This document shows positions 53,962 to 61,825 of a stretch of DNA of 64,000 bases, one piece after another. The translations under genes and the position numbers were made by a program. This DNA comes from Pseudomonadota bacterium. GTDB taxonomy: Bacteria; Pseudomonadota; Gammaproteobacteria; Burkholderiales; UBA11063. The notes below the pieces were generated by a model. That model saw only the letters and a program-made list of their open reading frames with translations, did no database searches and was not told the DNA's origin. Within the stretch, counting starts at the first letter, position 1, and each line of letters begins with the position of its first letter. The DNA lies in contig RXKA01000058.1 of assembly GCA_003962985.1 (NCBI GenBank), positions 11,051 to 75,050 of the forward strand, written 5' to 3'.

Positions 53962-55171
53962 AACCATCGATGATATTAGGGCAAATGCAAATGAAGGTTT
54001 GATTGGACTATATTTGGATAAAAGGTTAGTAAAATGGTTAAAAAATTATAATTATTTAGATTATGCAGCACAAGTAGAGCAAATTGATTGCAACCTGAGT
54101 AGAAAAGATATTTTCTCTGAGTTAGCAAAGATTTTTGAGCTAAATATTGATGTAAACTCATTGGCTACAAGTTCAGAAGAGCAGCTTTGCAAAGCTCAAG
54201 AGTATTATGATGCATCGGATTATGAAAATGCTATGATTTGGTATACCAAAGCAGCCGAACAATACTCCGCACATGCACAGTGCTTTTTAGGATTTATGTA
54301 CTACTGTGGTGAAGGTGTAACAAAAGATCTGCAACAAGCAATTTATTGGTATACTAAAGCAGCTGAACAAGGTTATGCATATGCGCAGTATACCTTAGGA
54401 TTTATGTACTACTGTGGCGAAGGTGTAACGAAAGATCTGCAGCAAGCCTTGTATTGGTATACCCAAGCAGTTGAACAAGGTGCAGATCGTTTAAATATAG
54501 ATGAAGAGACAAAAAATAGTTGTATTAAAAATATTACTGTTATTAAGCTACAGCAAGCAAAATTAAATATGCTAATTGTCGGTGCAACAGGTTCAGGAAA
54601 AAGCACAACAATTAATGCTATATTTAATTTAGATGTTGCAACTGTCGGTGATGGAATAGATCCAGAAACAATGGATATTCAGAAGTATCAATTACACGAT
54701 AATTTAGTTCTGTGGGATACTCCAGGACTAGGAGATAGTATAGAAAAAGATAAGCAACATATCGCAAAAATAGTATCAATGTTACAAAAAAAAGATACCG
54801 ATGGAAATGCGTTAATTGATTTAGTGCTAGTTATAATTGATGCTTCTAGCAGATATATGGAAACATCTTATAGTTTAATCAATGATACCATCATCCCCAA
54901 CATGAAAGAAAAAGACAGAATTATCATAGCTCTTAATCAATGTGAAATCGCAATGAGAGGAAAAGGATTTGATTACGATAAAAATAAACCCAATCCAGAA
55001 CTATTAAATTTTTTGGAGGATAAACTAATATCGGTAAAACGTAGAATATATGAGTCATCTAATTATGATTGTAATGTTGCATATTACTCAGCTGAAACAG
55101 GATATAATGTTACTGAATTCTTTGATTTAATTATTGATAACATTCCTACTAGTAAAAGATACTTGGGATAA
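53948..55171 (+). CDS. Conserved N-domain + Sel1 repeats + small GTPase (YfjP/YeeP-like)
   Basis: N-terminal IKTIDDI..LVKWLK; Sel1 repeats LGFMYYCGEGVTKDLQQA..WYTKAAEQG; G1 GATGSGKS, G3 DTPG, G4-like NQCE. Confidence 0.85.
   Translation: MAIIKTIDDIRANANEGLIGLYLDKRLVKWLKNYNYLDYAAQVEQIDCNLSRKDIFSELAKIFELNIDVNSLATSSEEQLCKAQEYYDASDYENAMIWYTKAAEQYSAHAQCFLGFMYYCGEGVTKDLQQAIYWYTKAAEQGYAYAQYTLGFMYYCGEGVTKDLQQALYWYTQAVEQGADRLNIDEETKNSCIKNITVIKLQQAKLNMLIVGATGSGKSTTINAIFNLDVATVGDGIDPETMDIQKYQLHDNLVLWDTPGLGDSIEKDKQHIAKIVSMLQKKDTDGNALIDLVLVIIDASSRYMETSYSLINDTIIPNMKEKDRIIIALNQCEIAMRGKGFDYDKNKPNPELLNFLEDKLISVKRRIYESSNYDCNVAYYSAETGYNVTEFFDLIIDNIPTSKRYLG
54239..54478 (+). repeat. 108-bp tandem repeat encoding Sel1 units
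   Basis: tggtatac..agcag..gaacaa at 54239, 54347 and 54455; ttaggatttatgtactactgtgg at 54287 and 54395. Confidence 0.9.
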
Positions 55172-55226
55172 CTATTATAATTTAACCTAAAATATAATAC
55201 ACGTTTTTGATATAAGCTCACTAATT

Positions 55227-55877
55227 ATGAAACTAACCTATTCAACATTAAAAACCCGTCAACGCAAAGAGCGCGATGATCAACCAGAAGGACTAAAAGT
55301 TCGGGTGCATCGTGCCTTAAGTTGGCTAAATTCTGCCGAACATACAACAGATGACGATATGCGCTTTATCGCGTTATGGATATCTTTCAATGCTGCCTAT
55401 GGAGTAAATGGCGAGATTACACAAGGTAGTACAGGTGAACAATATAGCCAATTCATTGGTAAAATTATTACATTAGATAATGAGCAATTGATTTACCCGT
55501 TATTATGGCAACAATTTACCAATTCGATTCGTGTACTCCTAGATAATAAATACATCTATCAACCGTATTGGAATAATCTAAATTCAACTAAGCGTACAGA
55601 TGATTGGGAATTATCATTCCGTAATGCAAAAATTGCGGCACAAAAGATGTTATTAAATAAGGACTCGGCTGGTGTTTTAACATTAGTCTTTTCACGCTTG
55701 TATACCTTACGTAATCAGATTATTCATGGTGGAGCAAGTTGGAATAGCCGACTAAATCGCGCTCAAATTCAAGATGCCAATAACCTACTAATGAAGTTAA
55801 TCCCCGTGATTATTAAGATCATGATTGATAGCCCCCAAGAGTATTGGTCGCCAGTCAGTTACCCTGTCCAAAAATAA
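55227..55877 (+). CDS. HEPN-domain protein (putative RNase)
   Basis: RVHRALSWL, FIALWISFNAAYG and LYTLRNQIIHGG (RxxxxH). Confidence 0.85.
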   Translation: MKLTYSTLKTRQRKERDDQPEGLKVRVHRALSWLNSAEHTTDDDMRFIALWISFNAAYGVNGEITQGSTGEQYSQFIGKIITLDNEQLIYPLLWQQFTNSIRVLLDNKYIYQPYWNNLNSTKRTDDWELSFRNAKIAAQKMLLNKDSAGVLTLVFSRLYTLRNQIIHGGASWNSRLNRAQIQDANNLLMKLIPVIIKIMIDSPQEYWSPVSYPVQK

Positions 55878-55964
55878 TTTGGTAAATCTTAAAAATGTAA
55901 ACCTCAGTTCAGAAAACGGATAATAAAATCGGCAAAGCAATAAGCATATTACAATTTATTAGTG

Positions 55965-56144
55965 TGGCACGTTTTTATTGTGCAAATAAGCCTGATAAAA
56001 AAGCCACAGCGCAATTTACAAAAAAGAGATGCCAATACGATAACAATTTCATCGTAGCAATTGCATCTTTTTGCACACCATCGCAGTAGTTGGTTGCTGA
56101 AAGTTACTAGCCGTTTCTGCTCCAGAGGTACCGCTTTCACGGTA
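55965..56144 (-). ncRNA. Candidate structured RNA downstream of the 218-aa gene
   Basis: About 41% G+C (66/160 counted over 55981-56140) versus about 18% in a nearby intergenic line; UACCGU-GAAA-GCGGUA hairpin right after the stop; long stem 56017-56075. Confidence 0.45.
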
Positions 56145-56801
56145 TTAGATAATACCCGCTTGGAGTAATGTATTTATCTGTTCTGTAGTTAATTTTACTT
56201 TTGTCATAACATTTAATTCAAGCAATTTATCACTTAATTGGCGTAATTGCTGCTTATATTGGTTGGTAGTTTCATAGCTCCGATTACGGTCTGTCGCCGT
56301 TATTAGCGAAGTCGTAACCTCTTTGTCACTATAAATGCTTTGCGTGTCGCTATTACGAATTTTATTCAAGCGCAAATTAATCACTTCCACGCTCATTGCC
56401 GTAGTTGACTCATTTAATAGTATACTTTCTTGTGCAATAAGTTTTTTGGTTAGCTCAATATTTGCCAGTAATTCATTAATTCCCACTTGTTGATTCAGTG
56501 AAGCCACCGCAATTCTTAGGCTATAATACGCTTTTAGTAAATCATTCGCCAACTTTTGTTGTTTGATGAATTGATCGTATTCGGCAGTAAACATTTGCTC
56601 AATATTTTTATCAAATTCATTGAATGTGATAGTCTTTTTTGCACTATTGAGTGTTTTTATGACAACCAATATTTCTTGCTGAATTGCTGCTGCCTTTCTT
56701 AAGCTTATGTGCTCATTTTCATTTACTCTTGCGTTACGGTCTTGTAAAGTTGACAATATTTTTTGATGGATAATCTCTGTATTGTTTGAATTTGTATTCA
56801 A
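56145..56801 (-). CDS. Hypothetical all-helical coiled-coil protein (tentatively DIP1984/DUF6847-like)
   Basis: TTG start behind AAGGGA; ISLRKAAAIQQEI..YYSLRIAVASLNQQVGINELLANI..LSDKLLELNVMTKV helical heptads. Confidence 0.65.
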   Translation of the reverse strand: MNTNSNNTEIIHQKILSTLQDRNARVNENEHISLRKAAAIQQEILVVIKTLNSAKKTITFNEFDKNIEQMFTAEYDQFIKQQKLANDLLKAYYSLRIAVASLNQQVGINELLANIELTKKLIAQESILLNESTTAMSVEVINLRLNKIRNSDTQSIYSDKEVTTSLITATDRNRSYETTNQYKQQLRQLSDKLLELNVMTKVKLTTEQINTLLQAGII

Positions 56802-57331
56802 TTTATTTTCCCTTAATCTATCGGTAATTAATGTGATTATTAAAGCTGAAAACTATTATTTTAGTTTAATTTAATTAGCATAATTTGGTATTGCATTTTA
56901 ATTACGTAGTTTATGAATTAAGCTTTAACCTTTGTATTGTGCTAATCCACAAGGCATTATTTTATAACGTTGTCATTTAAAGCACATACACCACAATTTA
57001 TAAATATTTGGTTCTATTTTATATCTGATATGATTCTATAATTATTAAAAACCTAAGGTTAAATAGTTATAAAATTTATAATCTAAATGATAAAACTATC
57101 CAACTAATTCCAATAAGTAATTTTGTTAGTACATTCTCAAAGGTAGAATCATTAACGACTAAAAATAATGTTAATTCATAATTGAATCAATCATTATTTA
57201 CATCATAAAATATATTAGTAGTGTTGTTATTAGTACTTGAAATTTTTTGTTATAATCATCTCTTAACAATCAAGCAAATATCATGCTGTATTTGTTGTGA
57301 TTAATATAAATACATTCTAAAGTGGTTTAAT

Positions 57332-57619
57332 ATGAAAAAATTAATTTTAATTCTAACCATCGGCACTGCCTTGAGTACACCGAGTTATGCGCTAACTGTG
57401 GTTCCGATTACCGAGACAGTTTGTCCATCACTAATTTTTACCAATATCGATAGTGCGGATACGCAAAACGAACTAAACAAGAAGCTTCAGAAAAAAATTA
57501 ATAGCTTACCTAATGCAACTAGGTTGGCATCAGTCAATTACACCAATACCACTACATTACTACGAGATAAAGACAAAGCATGTAAGACGGTCACCGCATG
57601 GGTAGAAGTAAGTAATTAA
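57332..57619 (+). CDS. Small secreted protein with two cysteines
   Basis: Signal peptide MKKLILILTIGTALSTPSYA; 95 aa. Confidence 0.7.
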   Translation: MKKLILILTIGTALSTPSYALTVVPITETVCPSLIFTNIDSADTQNELNKKLQKKINSLPNATRLASVNYTNTTTLLRDKDKACKTVTAWVEVSN

Positions 57620-57636
57620 TCTTTGTAGGATACGTA

Positions 57637-58503
57637 ATGAACGAGTTCCAATTTGAACCCAAAATAAGAGTTAAGCTACCATCACTAATTAGTGAGATAC
57701 TAAAACAGGACAGTATTAATTTTGCGATGAATGCCAATAAGCTATGTAATACTATTTTTGCCTATTATGCAATCAATCACACCTTGCTAGAAGATGTTTC
57801 AGTCGAGGGCTGTAATAATCAGACATTGCAATTTACACTCAATAATGACAATCAAGATTTGTTTATGGCACTTTGTGACACTATCAATATCAGCACCAAA
57901 GCATTATTTTTTAGAAATCTATTTTTTCAATATTGCAATCAACCGATCTATGTACGTGAGCAAATTATCTATAATTCATCGTATCAGATGTTATTAAATG
58001 CAATCAAGGCACGTCGGAAGCTAAAAATTCGTTATAAAAATAGCTATCGTATAATCGAGCCATATTTCATTATCAAATCAGATGGTGAAACCCGTAATTA
58101 TGTTTTTGCTTATTGCGATAGCCAACAACGCTATTGCAATTATCGGCTAAGTAATATCCATGCCGTAGGAATCATAACCAAAGTACCTTTTGAGCATTAT
58201 GATGAGGAATACATTAAAACAATGCACCGTAATTTTGATGCATTTTTGTCTTATGGACAAACAATCCAAGTGCGTCTGGATGAGATTGGTCAGCAGATGT
58301 TCCAACGTAATCTGACTCATCGCCCCAAATTACTCAATCATCAAAATGATATTTTTGAACTTGAATGTTCACAGCTCAAAGCGCAATTGTATTTCCCTCA
58401 ATTTATGCATCATGCTGAAATATTATCACCGCCAGAATTACGCACATGGTTCCATGACCAATTTACCGCAGTCTATACTATGTATACAAAAGACGCAGGT
58501 TAG
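57637..58503 (+). CDS. WYL-domain regulator with tandem N-terminal RHH-like units
   Basis: LKIRY....RIIEPYFI...RNYVFAYC....RYCNYRLSNI (WYL) and C-terminal WCX (AEILSPPELR); N-terminal beta-alpha-alpha x2. Confidence 0.88.
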   Translation: MNEFQFEPKIRVKLPSLISEILKQDSINFAMNANKLCNTIFAYYAINHTLLEDVSVEGCNNQTLQFTLNNDNQDLFMALCDTINISTKALFFRNLFFQYCNQPIYVREQIIYNSSYQMLLNAIKARRKLKIRYKNSYRIIEPYFIIKSDGETRNYVFAYCDSQQRYCNYRLSNIHAVGIITKVPFEHYDEEYIKTMHRNFDAFLSYGQTIQVRLDEIGQQMFQRNLTHRPKLLNHQNDIFELECSQLKAQLYFPQFMHHAEILSPPELRTWFHDQFTAVYTMYTKDAG

Positions 58504-58530
58504 CTTAGACCTTATTTGAAACTAATTGTA

Positions 58531-58968
58531 CTAGCTAGGTAAAAAATTGTCAGTTAATATTTCAGTAATAGACCACTCACATTCTTTAGGAAATAATGAA
58601 TCATCTAACCCCGTTTCACTGATTGCTTGCCGTACTGCTTTTTTATAAGATTTAACAAAATATTCATCGACTTTAGATTTTAAGCTAGGATTGTCAGATA
58701 ATAAGTCTTGTAACTCTTCACGTTGGTCATCAATGCTATTCTGCCAACTTCTAGATTGTCTTGATGGTTGGTATTTCCATTTTAATAAATGCATCATTAA
58801 TTGAGCTAGGCGGTTTTTAAGTTCACTTCTTTCTTTTGCCCCCATACTTTCAACCTCTTCAAATAAGTGTTGTAAATCTAGCTTGTCTAATGCACGTTCT
58901 TTGATAAACTTAGCTTGCTCTTGTGTCCAAGCATAAAAATCTTTTTCGTATAGATTAAGTGTACCCAT
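58531..58968 (-). CDS. DUF29-family protein (start probably ATG 58968; ORF track gives 59010)
   Basis: LYEKDFYAWTQEQA...LDLQHLFEEVESMG...LMMHLLKWKYQP..SRSW..SI..QR..NPSLK. Confidence 0.92.
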   Translation of the reverse strand: MGTLNLYEKDFYAWTQEQAKFIKERALDKLDLQHLFEEVESMGAKERSELKNRLAQLMMHLLKWKYQPSRQSRSWQNSIDDQREELQDLLSDNPSLKSKVDEYFVKSYKKAVRQAISETGLDDSLFPKECEWSITEILTDNFLPS

Positions 58969-59583
58969 TTGTATATTCCTAAAATACCAATATATTCTAC
59001 ACCGCGACAATCAAACTAGGCGATCTAGCTCAACTCCAGAGAGCAAGACACCTCAATAAATGAGTAATAGTCTTCTGGTGTATCAGATACATTATATAAA
59101 ACTAAATATCTTTTGTCAAATAAAAAAGTTTATCCGCATATTCATACTTTGATTAAATACTATCAAGCTTTCTAATTATGTGTGTATCTCTTACACAACA
59201 CTAAAACCATAGCAAGTAAAAATGTAGCAAAATATAACATAAATATTAGTACGAGTTAATTATGCAAAAATTATGCCCGCATATAATCAATTAATATATT
59301 TAGATAATTCTATGAAATATAAACTACCCCGATTAGCAACAACTGCAAATAAACCTCAAAATAATATATTATAAGATATAAATACTGTAAAATACCCACA
59401 AGAAGCCTTAATTTCTACCATTGTACACTATACCACTAACCTATTAACTTCCAAAGTAGCTTAAATGTCAGTGCGTGTCCTAAATATAACAGTCTTGGAA
59501 TCCACCAAGATATCTCATCACTTGTATTATTGTCGAAATTAAACATGATCACAATAAATAATAATTTTAAATTAGGAAAAGAA

Positions 59584-60321
59584 ATGAAACAACCACATAT
59601 CAACTGTTCTAAAGAAGATATACATCCGCGAGTAATTATTTGTGGCGATCCTGCACGAGTAGAACGAATTGCTGAATTTGGTACAGACTATAAGTTTATC
59701 TCCTCAAATCGTGAATTCACCGTTTATGAAACGATCTATAATAATTTACCATATACCATTTGTTCTACAGGCATCGGTGGACCCTCTACAGCTATCGCAA
59801 TTGAGGAGTTAGTTCGTTGCGGAGCACAAGCGATTATTCGAGTAGGGAGCGCTGGTTCATTACAAAATAATATTAATAATGGTAGTCTAGTAATTGCTGA
59901 AGGAGCGGTAAGACAAGAAGGAACTTCTAAAATGTACGTAGAGCCCCAATATCCAGCTATATCTGACACTGATCTAATTGTAAATCTAAAATCATTCCTA
60001 AATAAAGTAGATATAAATTACCATTCTGGCATCATCTTTACCCATGATTCATTTTATACCGATCACGAAGAAGAAATTTGTAAAAAATGGTCAAATCTGG
60101 GAATTTTAGCTAAAGAAATGGAAGCTGCTACCTTATTAACGTTAGCACGTTTAAGAAAAATTAAAGCTGCTGCAATACTAACCGTTGTTGTCGAATTTTC
60201 TGCAAATAAAGAGGATGGTATAAATAATTACAAAGACCTCAACGACAAATTATTACGCAGTGAACATGCCGCAACAGAAGCCGCATTTTACGCTTTATCA
60301 CAAATAAATTTTACTAACTAG
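59584..60321 (+). CDS. Nucleoside (uridine-type) phosphorylase (start probably ATG 59584)
   Basis: HI..IICGDPARV, NREF, STGIGGPS..IAIEEL, IRVGSAGSL, HDSFY and EMEAA. Confidence 0.92.
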   Translation: MKQPHINCSKEDIHPRVIICGDPARVERIAEFGTDYKFISSNREFTVYETIYNNLPYTICSTGIGGPSTAIAIEELVRCGAQAIIRVGSAGSLQNNINNGSLVIAEGAVRQEGTSKMYVEPQYPAISDTDLIVNLKSFLNKVDINYHSGIIFTHDSFYTDHEEEICKKWSNLGILAKEMEAATLLTLARLRKIKAAAILTVVVEFSANKEDGINNYKDLNDKLLRSEHAATEAAFYALSQINFTN

Positions 60322-60329
60322 GTGCAACC

Positions 60330-61538
60330 ATGGATATTATCATTTCTACCGTACGCGGAATAATTGCTATTTTTGCAATCATATCAGCAGGATATTTATT
60401 ATCTACCAACCGTAAGCATATCCAATGGCGAATTCCACTTATCGCATTAGTTACCGCCATAATCCTAATTAATCTGATTTTACACTCACAAACGGGGCAT
60501 TTATTTTTTGAATATGCAGGTAAAGCGATTAGCAAATTTATTAGTTTCTCATTTGAGGGCGCTGATTTTGTCTTTGGGACAATCTACTCAGGTAACAAGT
60601 TCTCTTTCTTGTTCGTTGCTCTCATCCCATTAATATTTTTTGGCTCGTTTATGTCATTGCTCTACCATTATGGAATAGTCCAAAAATTTATCAATTTTAT
60701 TTCCATTTTCTTGGTTAAAGTCCTAAAATTATCTGGTGTTGAAGCAACTGGGATTTGTAGTACCATTTTTCTTGGGCAATCTGAGGGTATCATGGTAATT
60801 GGTCCTTATGTTCGTAGAATGAGTGATTCAGAATTATTCATGATGATGACTTGTGGAATGTCATGTGTGGCAGGTACGTTATTATTTGCCTATGCATCAA
60901 TGGGTGCAAATTTAGTTTATGTGATTGCTGCCAGTGTGGTATCAGCACCCTGTGCAATTGTGATGGCAAAAATTATTTTTCCAGAAAATGCTAGTGAAAA
61001 AGAAATCATAAAAATGGAGCATCAAGAATTATCCATTGAAACACATAACGCAATTGATGCATTGGGTCATGGTGCTACTAATGGTGCTAAAGTAGCGATT
61101 GCTGTTGCAATCATGTTATTAGCATTTATTGCGTTTATTGGCTTATTAAATGCTGCTATTGGATTTGTGTCATTTCATTATCTGACACTAGATAAAATAT
61201 TTGCGTATATCTTCACTCCGATAGCTTATGTAATTGGTGTCCCGACGCAAGATGTAAATTCTTTTTCAACCTTATTTGGAATGAAAACCTGTTTTAATGA
61301 ATTTGTTGCATATGCTGATTTGAAAAAATATGTATTCACCGACAAAGGATTTATAATGGTGTGTTTTGCATTGACTGGTTTTGCTAATATCTCCTCAGTA
61401 GCTATGCAAATTGGTGTTTATGGTGCACAATGGGAAGGTGCCAAAGCAAAAGTAGCTAAATTTGGTCTTCGTGCTTTAGCTGCCGCAGCAATGGCAAATT
61501 TATTAGCTGCCGCCCTAGCTGGGATGTTTTTTTATTAG
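60330..61538 (+). CDS. Concentrative nucleoside transporter (NupC/CNT family)
   Basis: EGADFVFG, FLGQSEG, VAGTLL, NEFVAY and FALTGFANISS. Confidence 0.94.
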   Translation: MDIIISTVRGIIAIFAIISAGYLLSTNRKHIQWRIPLIALVTAIILINLILHSQTGHLFFEYAGKAISKFISFSFEGADFVFGTIYSGNKFSFLFVALIPLIFFGSFMSLLYHYGIVQKFINFISIFLVKVLKLSGVEATGICSTIFLGQSEGIMVIGPYVRRMSDSELFMMMTCGMSCVAGTLLFAYASMGANLVYVIAASVVSAPCAIVMAKIIFPENASEKEIIKMEHQELSIETHNAIDALGHGATNGAKVAIAVAIMLLAFIAFIGLLNAAIGFVSFHYLTLDKIFAYIFTPIAYVIGVPTQDVNSFSTLFGMKTCFNEFVAYADLKKYVFTDKGFIMVCFALTGFANISSVAMQIGVYGAQWEGAKAKVAKFGLRALAAAAMANLLAAALAGMFFY

Positions 61539-61777
61539 AGCTACTTAGATAGCCAACAGAAATTGGCAATACCAACTTGTTGTATTATATTGATTAATCA
61601 ACAATTTACACATAAGATATAGAACAATGATTATTAAAGTAACTGAAGTTTATTCAGGTTGTTGACATTAATTGAATTGCGCTATCCATTAGGTACTAGC
61701 TGATTGATTAGTTTAATAATACGTTGGTATGTTATTTATTAAGCACGCACTATCTAGTTATTTAGCCTTACTAAAAC

Positions 61778-61805
61778 AAAAGATGTAAGCGTGCTTACAT
61801 CTTTT
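61778..61805 (-). terminator. Terminator after rluB
   Basis: aaaagatgtaagc-gt-gcttacatctttt inverted repeat. Confidence 0.85.
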
Positions 61806-61825
61806 TCTCTTTATTTCACTACTGA

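Noticed and set aside
55949-56140. 63-aa ORF downstream of the coiled-coil gene
   Set aside because: It has no convincing RBS and its start lies inside a GNRA hairpin; RNA structure explains the region better, but translation is not excluded.
55880-57330. Possible CRISPR array or type III TA-style RNA repeat near the HEPN and WYL genes
   Set aside because: No direct repeats of 20 bp or more with regular spacing were seen, and there are no cas genes; recurring AATTG 5-mers are expected in AT-rich DNA.
56810-57330. Possible decayed membrane-protein gene and short palindromes (aacct-a-aggtt, ttataaa-a-tttataa)
   Set aside because: The fragments are short and stop-ridden, and the palindromes are at chance level for DNA this AT-rich.
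37550-59500. Calling the accessory region a prophage, ICE or transposon
   Set aside because: No integrase, transposase, relaxase or phage structural gene is present, and I found no flanking direct repeats by eye.
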